A stretch of 64,000 bases of DNA from a bacterium. Lineage in GTDB: Bacteria > Electryoneota > JAOADG01. The stretch's first letter is position 1, and every line of letters begins with the position of its first letter. The translations under genes were made by a program, and so were the position numbers. Positions 53,565 to 63,112 of the stretch are shown here, one piece after another. Under the pieces are notes generated by a model. The model had not been told where the DNA came from, ran no database searches, and saw nothing but the letters and a program-made list of their open reading frames with translations. The stretch spans positions 2,656,001 to 2,720,000 of the forward strand of contig OY820579.1 of NCBI GenBank assembly GCA_963681965.1, written 5' to 3'.

Positions 53565-56414
53565 TTACCGATTGAGGATATCAGATGGACTTTTACCAAA
53601 TAGTTTCTTAAAACTGCGATAGAAATAATTCGGATCGCGGAAACCAACCGAATACGCGACTTCAGATACCGAGGCGAAATTTTTCCGAGTTAAGAATTCC
53701 AAAGCGCGATTTAAGCGAATTTGCATGATGAAATCGAGTGGTGTTAAATCGGTCAGTAATTTTAATTTTCGTCGTAATTGACTTTCGCTTAAGTTGACGA
53801 CGCTTACAAAATCCTCCGGCGACAAATTTGGATTGTCCAGATTCTTCATAACCGCATCGCGGAGACGTTGGACGAATTTTTCATCGTATGAGGGTGATTT
53901 GATAGGTTCAGATTGAACAGTAATCGCTTTTTTCGCAAAGGCTTTGCGTAGATCCCGGTATCTGGTTACAATGTTTGTTAAGAGCGTTTCGATAATAGAG
54001 GCTTTGAATGGTTTTGTAACATAATAGTCGGCTCTACCTTTCAAGCCAGCGATTTGATCCATTTCGGAGGATCTAGCAGTTAGTAAAACTACCGGAACAA
54101 CGTGAAGGATCTCATCTTGCTTGACGAATTGCAGCAATTCAAATCCATTCATCCGTGGCATCATTACATCGGAAACAATAATATCTGGGAGAATTTCTCG
54201 CGCTAATTGAAGTCCTGCTTCACCGTCGTAAGCGTAATGAATCTCGAATTTACGCGAAAGAAATTTTCCCAATTCATCGCACAATTCGACGTTATCGTCG
54301 ACCAATAAGATCACGGGACGGTCGGTAGAGCGTCGAATTGGTTTTCGCGATTTAGTCTCAGTTTGAGCTTCTGATATGGTACTGGTGCTTGGAGGCTGTA
54401 AAAAACGGAGTGGTAGCTGATTATCATTGTATGACTGAGCTACTTCTTCGGATGCAAGGGGAAGTTCGAACCAAAAAGTGCTGCCACTTCCGAGTTCGCT
54501 TTTAAAACCAATCGCTCCAGCCATGCTTTCCACAAGGCTTTTGGTGATCGCAAGCCCGACACCACTCGAGGATTCTGTGCCGGTTGGTCGATTTTGCGTT
54601 ATTCCGAATTGCTGGAAAATATTGGATTGATCCTCTAATGCAATTCCCAATCCCTCGTCTTGAATCGAAATCCGACACTTGCCAGATGTGGACGGCGCGT
54701 CTGCACAAAGCACAGAGGATTTTACAATGATTCTTGTTCCGGTAGGCGAGTACTTGATAGCATTCGAAATCAGATTCTCTAGAATTTGTTCGAATGCACT
54801 TGGATCAGCCATGCCAATCGCAGGATGTGAAGGTTTCTGCCACTCGATGGAAATATCTTTTTTGGATCCTAGCGGACGATACTGATCAATGATATAATCG
54901 ATTATTCGATCAAACGCTATCGGTTGAATTTTCAGTAATTGGGATAGTGTTTCTAGATTGTTGAAATAGTCGAGATTCGCAATTTGGTTTAGCATTCGTT
55001 GCACGATATTCGATATCTGTTGTGTACGGTGTTTTCCCTTCGTGGGGTCAGATTCAAACAGCATTTGTTGATTCAATACATCGATCGTTAATAAAGGATT
55101 TTTTAAATCGTGTGCCACCATCTCGACAATGCGTTGTTTTTCGCGCTGGGCTTCATCTAATTTCCGGTTCAACTTTTCAAGAATAGTTGCTTTCTCTTGT
55201 TGGGTTGCAGCATCGCGAAGAGCTTGGTTTACTTGGAATCGCGCCTCCATTTTGGTCTGAGTAGAGATCTTTTCTTCGTTAAGGAATTGCGATCGAAGTG
55301 CGTCGTATCGAAGGAATTGTTGAATTGATCGGTCTAAATTTCCCATGCTTTGATTGACCAAAGCTAATTTATAATGCAAATTCATTTGAATTCGCACTGA
55401 TCCGATTTTTTCAACCAGATCAATAGCTTGAAGTAGTAATTCGTGTCCTTGGTTAAATTGTGAGTTGTCGATAAAATAGTGCGCTTTTGTTTCAAGTGAA
55501 TGAATTAAATTGGACGTGTCGGTGAGTTCTTCGAAAACCGGGATACATCGGTTGAGAGAATCGATCATTTCATCCCACCGCTTTAAATGATGATAAGCTT
55601 CTGCTAAATTGAGATGCGCGAGCGCGATTCCGCGACGATCGATTAGTTCCTCTTTAATGGTGATGCTACGTACATAGAAATCTATCGCAGCTTCCATTCG
55701 ATTACTGCGAACCATTAAATTTCCCAGATTGATTAATACGACCGACACCTGACGCCGATCGCCGGTTTGTTCATTGATCGCAAGCGCTTTTAGGTAATAC
55801 TCTTGCGCCTTATCCAGTTCATCTGTCCGGGAATAAATATTACCAATAGTATTAATCGTATTTGCAAGTTTATCCGTCGAACCACATTGTTCGCCGATTT
55901 CCACTGCTTCAAATAATTGGGATAATGCCAGCTCGTAATCGCCTAATTCCGAGTAAACGATAGCGGAATTATTCAGGATTCGGATCGTATTGACATTCGC
56001 TTTAATTGCGCGAGTAGCCGAAAGTGCGGATTGATAATACTCTATTGCTTGTTGATACCGACCAGATTGAAAATGAAGGATGCCTAAATTGGCTTTAATC
56101 GATATTGCAATATTGTGCATTTCATATTTGTCAGTGATCTCAAGTGCGGCCAATAAGTATTGTTCTGCCTTGGAATTATCAAAAGCTCGGATGTAGAGTA
56201 CACCGATCTCTCGCAGCAGCAAAGCGTGTAATTGTTCAGGTTGAAGATTTTTTAAATAGCTTAAAGATTCAATCGCATACTCAATAACCCGGTCTAGCGA
56301 CATAATTTTTAACTGGGATTCGATCTCATTAACAAATGTTTGCATATCGTCGATTGACGAGATCAATTTGATTTTTGTTTCGAGTTCAATACCTGTTAAC
56401 AATTGACTATTCAT
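53565..56414 (-). CDS. Soluble hybrid two-component regulator: TPR repeats, HisKA/HATPase, receiver and AraC HTH
   Basis: Tandem TPRs; VAHDLKNPL, NLISNAIKYS and GVGLAITK; ILLVDDN…SDVMMPRMNG; SEVAYSVGFRDPNYFYRSFKK. No TM segment. Start may be 56414 or 56432. Confidence 0.92.
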   Translation of the reverse strand: MNSQLLTGIELETKIKLISSIDDMQTFVNEIESQLKIMSLDRVIEYAIESLSYLKNLQPEQLHALLLREIGVLYIRAFDNSKAEQYLLAALEITDKYEMHNIAISIKANLGILHFQSGRYQQAIEYYQSALSATRAIKANVNTIRILNNSAIVYSELGDYELALSQLFEAVEIGEQCGSTDKLANTINTIGNIYSRTDELDKAQEYYLKALAINEQTGDRRQVSVVLINLGNLMVRSNRMEAAIDFYVRSITIKEELIDRRGIALAHLNLAEAYHHLKRWDEMIDSLNRCIPVFEELTDTSNLIHSLETKAHYFIDNSQFNQGHELLLQAIDLVEKIGSVRIQMNLHYKLALVNQSMGNLDRSIQQFLRYDALRSQFLNEEKISTQTKMEARFQVNQALRDAATQQEKATILEKLNRKLDEAQREKQRIVEMVAHDLKNPLLTIDVLNQQMLFESDPTKGKHRTQQISNIVQRMLNQIANLDYFNNLETLSQLLKIQPIAFDRIIDYIIDQYRPLGSKKDISIEWQKPSHPAIGMADPSAFEQILENLISNAIKYSPTGTRIIVKSSVLCADAPSTSGKCRISIQDEGLGIALEDQSNIFQQFGITQNRPTGTESSSGVGLAITKSLVESMAGAIGFKSELGSGSTFWFELPLASEEVAQSYNDNQLPLRFLQPPSTSTISEAQTETKSRKPIRRSTDRPVILLVDDNVELCDELGKFLSRKFEIHYAYDGEAGLQLAREILPDIIVSDVMMPRMNGFELLQFVKQDEILHVVPVVLLTARSSEMDQIAGLKGRADYYVTKPFKASIIETLLTNIVTRYRDLRKAFAKKAITVQSEPIKSPSYDEKFVQRLRDAVMKNLDNPNLSPEDFVSVVNLSESQLRRKLKLLTDLTPLDFIMQIRLNRALEFLTRKNFASVSEVAYSVGFRDPNYFYRSFKKLFGKSPSDILNR

Positions 56415-56814
56415 CTGTATGCCATCAAGCAATTCGATAATCGATAGTAAAAGTTAGCTCTCTATAGACGGATTAATCCAAAACTTCGATTAATGCATTG
56501 CTATTCATTATGCAATTTCTAGTACTTTGTTCGTTACTCAAATGCTATTTGAGCTGATTCACTATTGGATATAAAAATACGAAACGCTACGCTATTCAGC
56601 AATACAGAAGGACTGTAGTATTTTGAGTTAACTTTCAACGAAATCAATAAATTGTCAAATTAATCCAATTAATCTTATTGATCCAAAATTATTCCTTATA
56701 TTCTTCAGTTGAGAAACATTGGTTGTTAACTTGGAATTAATAGGTCATCGATTAGGTTTGAAGTTTTTCTCATTTGACATCAATCTATTGTATGAATTGT
56801 AATCAGTGCTATCA

Positions 56815-56847
56815 ATAAAAAACGCCCACCATTAACAGTGGGCGTTT
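56815..56847 (-). terminator. Intrinsic terminator of the LamG-domain gene
   Basis: Minus strand AAACGCCCAC-loop-GTGGGCGTTTTTT, about 20 bp after the stop. Confidence 0.85.
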
Positions 56848-56866
56848 GAAGAAAGTGATGTTGCGC

Positions 56867-59443
56867 CTAGCGATTTTGTAACGATACGCCCAATATTCGC
56901 TGTACTTCCATTTCCGATGTACCCACCGGAATCGTCCGCAAGCAATCGCTCGAGCTGGCACCGCCCGTTATTGCAGTCACGCGATAATACATCGCAGGAC
57001 TGAAGCGTACTACGCCAGTATGGGTATAGGTGGTTGCATCGACACCAGTCGTATAATTCAAATACTGCCAAGTATTTGTCAAGTTGCTGCGGTAATAAAT
57101 GATATAGTTGGTTACAGCCACCGGACCGCCATAGATATCATGAGTGACTTGATTCCAAGCCAGATCCGCGTTGATACCGCTTGTCGTTACTGTCAATTGA
57201 GTCGGCATCATTGGCTGGTACGGTGTATTTAAATGGGTGTCTACGACTTCGCTGGCAACCCAATTCGACGTCGTGTCCGTCAATGCGAAATTTAATAGGA
57301 CACCATCGAAACCATGTCCCGTGCGATCGGGTAAAATACCGATTCTTGCATTATTCTGTCCGGATGAACCCTCATTGAAATTGTAGTCGCAAATCAAAGT
57401 CGGATAGTCCGCGACCGATATTTGTCGTTGCAGAGTTTCCCAAAGTTGCGTTTGTGTTCGTATGCCGTTCCACACCCGGAAACCGTCGAGACACCCTTTT
57501 AATGCGCGGGATCCATCGTTTCTGCGACCGAGCTGGAAGTTAGCAGTGGATGAATAAAATGCCGAGGAAAGAGAACCGGTTACGCTTACAGGTTGTTCAA
57601 ATCCATTCACAAAGATCTTCCCCAGCGATTGCGACGCATCGAACTCACAGGCGATATGCGTCCACACTCCCACCGGTATCGAATAGGCTGCATCGATATA
57701 AACTCCTAATCGGGGAATGAAGCGAATCAGATTGGGTCCCGTATGAATTTCCATCTGCTCGTTCGCTTTGGCACAGATGAATTGAACATCGCTGGTTGAA
57801 TTCGGCGTCCATTTGAGCCAGGTCTCGATCGTGTAGCCATTCGTCGAGCCCAGATCGACTCCGGTGGAGATCACGACATTATCGTCGACACCATCGAACG
57901 CGAGTGCGTTGTCCTCTACAGGATACTGCTTGACGGCAACGGAATCGATATCACCGGAAGCCGTAGCGATATAGACCATCGCGTGACGGTTGGCGGTTGT
58001 CGTATTCGGCGATGCAGTCACTGGAAGCGGTATGCCACCATCGCCAGTGGTTCTACCGAGTGTTACCCAATTCGCGCTACACGAGGCATTCCAAGCAATT
58101 CGCGACGTCAACCGGATGGTATCCGCATGGATTGGGTTACTGGAAATGAATAAAGAATCGGTGGCAACAGTCAGATTGATTTGTCGTCCCGGAATCATCT
58201 CCTTGATTAGAACGAAATCGGTGCCACTGGCGGCCCATGGTCCCATTAAATTATTCACTACGATGCCGAGATACCAGTGCTGATTGGCGACGGTGATCCG
58301 TTGGGTGGCATAGGCATCGATCGGATAACGGTTGACAGTAGTACCGTCGAAACTACGTACTACGGCAGTTTGAGTAGAGTCTGTGCTATTGACCAGATCG
58401 AAGGTCGCGCTATCTGCCGTTAATGAAATCGGGATCGAATTCAGTGTCGATGTGCCTTCCCAAGGGAGCGGTTTTGCATTGTAATACCACTGCGACTGAT
58501 CATTGTTACGGAGTTCCAACTGAACTTCCATAGCATGATTCGGATCCGGCATCGGACAAATCACGATAGGGGATGAGTAAGCGGGTACGGTAAAGGTAAA
58601 TTCTTCCGCCAAGATATTGATGCCGGTAAATGTGACGGGGGTATCGGATAGACTGTGAACACCGAACATAAATCCTTGGGATAATACACCATTCACGGAA
58701 TTGAAAACCATTCCCATGGGATAAAACCACAGATCGAACACAGCAGGATAACTGTCATCCCAGTATGAATTCGGTTGAAGGTAAACATGTTCCCGTAGAT
58801 AGCCATTGTCGATTATCTGAAACTCGGCCATTTCCGGATATGCATCATTATTCGAAAAAACGTGCTCTCTTTCGTAACGGACACAGCCCAATGTGAACGT
58901 TCCATAATTAGTATTCCAAATCACATTCATTGTCAATGGGTAATCGTTAAAATTTTGGAGGACCATTTCTGGACCTTGCATAGGCGAGCTTCTTCCATAT
59001 CTCTTCATTTCGCAATGAGTGAATTGGGACGGGGCAGGAACATAAGCGATCTCGTTGCCGTAATAGATGCCACTAGCTGTGACGAACTTCAACCGGCAAT
59101 AATATTGCATCGGGTAACTGTTTTGGAAAGTAGTTGTGACGTTTGCCGATACGGTGGTGTCGTTCGAAATGGTGCCAATGACAATTTGATGGCCGTAGGT
59201 CAGCGTTTCGCCATACTCGAAGGAGAGCGTTCCTGAGAGTCCGTTGGTCGCGATATGACCGGAATACAGAGCGGTTAGCTGACCATAATCGTAAGTATAA
59301 CCAGGGTAAATTGGTGATAAGCTGATTGAGCCTAAGTTGTTGCATTTGACCTGAGTCGGTTGATACGTATTCAAAACGGGAGTTTGCGCGAAAGCTACAC
59401 AAGCGAGGATCGTGATCGGGAACAGAATGAGGAAGCGATTCAT
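56867..59443 (-). CDS. Secreted protein with BACON-like and LamG-like jelly-roll domains and a terminal FN3-like domain
   Basis: Signal peptide; WNASCSANWVTL…NTTTANRHA (BACON-like); ALAFDGVDD…YTIETW…WTHIA…RVWN (LamG-like); MYYRVTAI. Confidence 0.85.
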   Translation of the reverse strand: MNRFLILFPITILACVAFAQTPVLNTYQPTQVKCNNLGSISLSPIYPGYTYDYGQLTALYSGHIATNGLSGTLSFEYGETLTYGHQIVIGTISNDTTVSANVTTTFQNSYPMQYYCRLKFVTASGIYYGNEIAYVPAPSQFTHCEMKRYGRSSPMQGPEMVLQNFNDYPLTMNVIWNTNYGTFTLGCVRYEREHVFSNNDAYPEMAEFQIIDNGYLREHVYLQPNSYWDDSYPAVFDLWFYPMGMVFNSVNGVLSQGFMFGVHSLSDTPVTFTGINILAEEFTFTVPAYSSPIVICPMPDPNHAMEVQLELRNNDQSQWYYNAKPLPWEGTSTLNSIPISLTADSATFDLVNSTDSTQTAVVRSFDGTTVNRYPIDAYATQRITVANQHWYLGIVVNNLMGPWAASGTDFVLIKEMIPGRQINLTVATDSLFISSNPIHADTIRLTSRIAWNASCSANWVTLGRTTGDGGIPLPVTASPNTTTANRHAMVYIATASGDIDSVAVKQYPVEDNALAFDGVDDNVVISTGVDLGSTNGYTIETWLKWTPNSTSDVQFICAKANEQMEIHTGPNLIRFIPRLGVYIDAAYSIPVGVWTHIACEFDASQSLGKIFVNGFEQPVSVTGSLSSAFYSSTANFQLGRRNDGSRALKGCLDGFRVWNGIRTQTQLWETLQRQISVADYPTLICDYNFNEGSSGQNNARIGILPDRTGHGFDGVLLNFALTDTTSNWVASEVVDTHLNTPYQPMMPTQLTVTTSGINADLAWNQVTHDIYGGPVAVTNYIIYYRSNLTNTWQYLNYTTGVDATTYTHTGVVRFSPAMYYRVTAITGGASSSDCLRTIPVGTSEMEVQRILGVSLQNR

Positions 59444-59651
59444 ACATTACCCTTTCCGAGCTGAGGTGAAATATCTTGTGATAAAGAACGAAAATTAGCC
59501 TACAAATTCATGTTTCTCACAGCTTCCATCGAACAGTCGCAGAATCGCATTCAATTACGGCAGAAAATAGTCTACAAGGCCAAAATAACCATCGAGCTGT
59601 AGTTTTGCAATAAAATTTGTTTCCAATCGCGCGATTTTCCGCTGTCACCCA

Positions 59652-60071
59652 TCAAATCTGTCGATTTCGAGAATGTTTGCCGGATCGAAAAGCACCATCG
59701 ATCGCTAGCATTGTTAGGAAGGTAGCACCCAACATCGTCTCGATAGTTATCGCAATCCAAATCGATGAATTCACCGTTCCGCGGAAAAACTCATAGGTTC
59801 CCATGCTTGCCAACCCCAGAAACATAACTCCGATGGATAGACTGATCGATTGCCGAATCTTGCTAGGTTCAATATTTCTAACCAAAAACGAGATCATGGC
59901 AATACACAGCATAAACATGGAGACTCTTCGTCCGAGAATAGAAGTCGCTTCCGACGGTATAAGTCCCATATCCTGAACGAAACTGTCTGTGAAGAAAAGC
60001 ATCTCGATGCAGAGGTAGGTGAATAACACCGAAGTGGCGATTGCAGCAATCTTGAATAGACGTTGTTTCAT
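59652..60071 (-). CDS. Small four-TM membrane protein of unknown function
   Basis: 139 aa with four hydrophobic segments; GGAG RBS. Confidence 0.8.
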   Translation of the reverse strand: MKQRLFKIAAIATSVLFTYLCIEMLFFTDSFVQDMGLIPSEATSILGRRVSMFMLCIAMISFLVRNIEPSKIRQSISLSIGVMFLGLASMGTYEFFRGTVNSSIWIAITIETMLGATFLTMLAIDGAFRSGKHSRNRQI

Positions 60072-60589
60072 GTATTCTCCATTTGAGCTAAATTTTCATC
60101 TGAAGGAAAATTTTCGAATATCGTTAGAAAGTGTAAGGTAATGGTGAACTGCATTTGTATCAAAGTTCTCCATTATTGCAATACAGTGTGACTTGCACAT
60201 CGAAAGCAGTAACGGTCAATATCACATGGATCGCGAAATGTCCTACTTGAGTCCGCATTAACGATCTATCGCTAGTCGTGGGTTGGTCAGCATCGATCCA
60301 TGTGAAAGCGACTAAGTGCAATTAAGATTTGATTTACACCGATGGATGCGTATATTTACGGGTGAGTAGTAGTGCAAATCCGGTTACAGTTTACGTATTC
60401 GGGGAAGTGTCCCTTTTCAATACGGTTTTGCCATTGCTCGAAGTCTTTGATAATAGCGCGAATTCCATTACACGGTATAATATCGTGCTAATATTCAAAT
60501 CATTGCCGATTCGGAAATCGGCAGTACTAGAAAATTTTAGATTTCTCTACTCGTTGTTCTAACATCAATCCATAAAACAAGAAGGGCTT

Positions 60590-60743
60590 ATGTTTAGGAT
60601 TGCACTCCATTTGGATCTTGCTGAATAAGGGCGGCAACTGATTTCCCGTTCAATACAAACTTCAGTTCCCCCTATTCCGACTTGATCCCTTCGCTTTATC
60701 CACCGATAGCTGTATCGGTAGGATTAGTCTTTTTGTTGCTTTT
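60590..60743 (+). promoter_or_regulatory. Putative leader peptide (MFRIALHLDLAE, 60590-60628) and attenuator hairpin upstream of rsgA
   Basis: GAAGGG RBS-like element before a 12-codon ORF. A stem pairs 60623-60641 with 60662-60677. Hairpin ATCC-ACCGATA-gctg-TATCGGT-A-GGAT (60698-60724) is followed by a T-rich tract. Confidence 0.5.
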
Positions 60744-60769
60744 ATTGTGAAGATTTGGAGTGAAAAACC

Positions 60770-61834
60770 ATGTTTGAACTATCCTATTTAGGATTTTCCT
60801 CTTTTTTCAGAAATCAACTCGCAGACAATCTGCAGGACAATACACAGCTCGCGCGAATCACTGCAGAACACCGCAGCGAGTATGAAATATTAACGATCGA
60901 CGGGCCGGGAAAAGCGCACTTATCGCCAAACCTGTACAAGACGCTGGAAAGCGAATTGTTACCGAAGGTGGGCGACTGGGTGGTGTTGGAAGCGCGTGAC
61001 CGGATTCTGTATATCGAGCAGATCCTGACGCGAAGAACATCCCTGGTCCGAGGTTCGGCGGGTAAGGAGACGACAAGTCAGGTATTGGCAACCAATGTCG
61101 ATATCGTTTTCATCGTCGCCGGTCTCGATTCGGTGTTTAATCCGAACCGAATTGAACGCTACTTGTCGTTAGTCTGGTCGAGCAAAGCGCAGCCAGTCGT
61201 TGTTCTGAACAAGGCAGATCTGTTGGAAGACCCTTCCAGTGTGTTGCTCGAGGCTGAGAAACGCAATCTGGGTGTACAAGTGATCCTTGCCAGCTCGAAA
61301 ACGGCCGAGGGTTTGCACGAAATTCGATCGCTTCTATGCGAAGGAATAACTGCCGCGTTTGTCGGCCCATCGGGAGTTGGTAAATCAACGCTGATTAACG
61401 CGCTGCTTGGTGAAGAGCGTATCGAAACGAATGCGGTTCGAGAATGCGATGCGAAAGGGCGTCATACAACCGTCCATCGTCAATTGATTGTGCTGCCGGA
61501 AGGGGGTCTGGTGATCGATACCCCCGGTTTGCGCGAACTGCAACTGGCTGAAAGCGATGGTATCGCGTCGGCATTTCCGGAGATCGAAGCGCTGGCCGAA
61601 CAGTGCCGTTTCAGCGATTGCACGCATCAGTCCGAACCGGGTTGTGCAGTAAAGAGCGCGGTTGAGCAGGGTTCGATTCAGCAAGAGCGATATGCGCACT
61701 ATCTGAAACTACAGCACGACGTTCAATCGTTCAAAGTCCGCCAGAACGAACGGTTGCGCCATCAATCCGAACGGATCTGGGGAAAACTCAGTCGCGAAGG
61801 CGAGATGATTAGACGACTAAAAGGAAGGCGTTAA
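60770..61834 (+). CDS. rsgA: Ribosome small subunit-dependent GTPase A (RsgA/YjeQ), long form
   Basis: Circularly permuted GTPase motifs NKADL, GPSGVGKST, GRHTT and DTPG; zinc site CRFSDCTHQSEPGC. Confidence 0.95.
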   Translation: MFELSYLGFSSFFRNQLADNLQDNTQLARITAEHRSEYEILTIDGPGKAHLSPNLYKTLESELLPKVGDWVVLEARDRILYIEQILTRRTSLVRGSAGKETTSQVLATNVDIVFIVAGLDSVFNPNRIERYLSLVWSSKAQPVVVLNKADLLEDPSSVLLEAEKRNLGVQVILASSKTAEGLHEIRSLLCEGITAAFVGPSGVGKSTLINALLGEERIETNAVRECDAKGRHTTVHRQLIVLPEGGLVIDTPGLRELQLAESDGIASAFPEIEALAEQCRFSDCTHQSEPGCAVKSAVEQGSIQQERYAHYLKLQHDVQSFKVRQNERLRHQSERIWGKLSREGEMIRRLKGRR

Positions 61835-61898
61835 TGGTTATTTATGCAATCGATCATGTAGTGAGCGATCAGTAGATTTGCTGGCGGGAGATCCCAAT

Positions 61899-61930
61899 CG
61901 TCCGACTCGAAATAGTCGGACGTTTTTTTT
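61899..61930 (+). terminator. Intrinsic terminator after rsgA
   Basis: CGTCCGACT-cgaaat-AGTCGGACG followed by T8. Confidence 0.9.
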
Positions 61931-62101
61931 AGATCGTGACTCGCACGCATTACCTAAAATATCTCAATGTTCATTCTTTCTTAAATAGGACTTGATTTAT
62001 TATTCATAAGGACACTAATTTGTGACTATTCCCTTTTACCAGTACTAGCTTTGATTAATCCTTTTCGAATTCCAACATCATTAATCATTTATGAGGTGGT
62101 T

Positions 62102-63097
62102 ATGTCTCGATTCTTTTTCTCTACTCTGATCGTTTTACTAATCGCTGGCATGTCGGGTGCAACCGTTCGAGTAGTAGACAACAATCCCAACGCAGTCGGC
62201 GTCTTTACGGATGGACAAACGGCAATCAATGCATCGGTTGCAGGAGATACCGTTTATTTTGCCGGTTCAGTTACTGGGTACGGCAGTATATCAATAAATC
62301 GACCGCTAACGATTATCGGAGCGGGTAATTTCCTGACAGAGTATCCGGAATCGCAAGCGCGCCCGCTTCCTTCCTATATCGTAAGTTTGTATCTAGCTGA
62401 AGGGGCAGCAGGGACAGTCGTTTATAGTATGAAATTCAATTCTGTTATCCTCTGGAGCAGTAATGTATCGCTCAGACGATGTGTTATCGATAACGGGGGA
62501 AATACTCTCATAAGTACCGATCGATTAATTTCGGATATATTGGTCGAACAATGCTATCTGTCAGGTTCTTACAACGGGTATCCTGCCATATTCTTACCTA
62601 ATACGCAGAACACCAATTTTTACAACAATTACATGGTAAGTACTTCCACAACTCAACCACTATTCTGGACAGGAACGAGTGCGTCGAATATCGATCTGGT
62701 CAATAATGTGATTTCGGGCAATGTTGAGCTTAATAATGGATACATGGCAAATAATATCATGATCAGCGGTACGCTGACGGCCAATAATTGCCGAACATTC
62801 AATAACATCGGTAGTGGTGTGCAATTCTCGGCATCGAATAACAACCAGCAGAATATCGATATGTCTTCTGTGTTCATCGGTACCGGTACAACCGATGGAC
62901 GATGGCAATTATCCGAAAGTTCACCGGCGCGAGCTGCGGGAATTGGGGGAGTGGATTGCGGTATCTTCGGGAATACTAATCCTTATATTCTGGCTTGTCT
63001 TCCACCGATACCGACGATAACCTCCTTTACCTCACAGGCTGCAACGACTGCTCCTGCAGGTCTTCCGATAACAATTCGTGCGCGCGGACATTACTAA
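62102..63097 (+). CDS. Secreted right-handed parallel beta-helix protein (module partner, copy 2)
   Basis: ATG 62102 after GAGGTGG; signal peptide; VAGDTVY cap; Asn-ladder; ends GLPITIRARGHY; homologous to 26676..27665. Confidence 0.87.
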   Translation: MSRFFFSTLIVLLIAGMSGATVRVVDNNPNAVGVFTDGQTAINASVAGDTVYFAGSVTGYGSISINRPLTIIGAGNFLTEYPESQARPLPSYIVSLYLAEGAAGTVVYSMKFNSVILWSSNVSLRRCVIDNGGNTLISTDRLISDILVEQCYLSGSYNGYPAIFLPNTQNTNFYNNYMVSTSTTQPLFWTGTSASNIDLVNNVISGNVELNNGYMANNIMISGTLTANNCRTFNNIGSGVQFSASNNNQQNIDMSSVFIGTGTTDGRWQLSESSPARAAGIGGVDCGIFGNTNPYILACLPPIPTITSFTSQAATTAPAGLPITIRARGHY

Positions 63098-63112
63098 AAT
63101 CGTGAGGCGGAA

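Noticed and set aside
60357-60530. Cobalamin-riboswitch-like words (GTGCAAATCCGG, GGGGAAG) and the hairpin TGCCGATT/AATCGGCA; also ORF 60329..60562
   Set aside because: Other core riboswitch elements are not visible and the downstream gene is unrelated to B12. The ORF has a TTG start and no RBS or motif. An Rfam scan would settle it.
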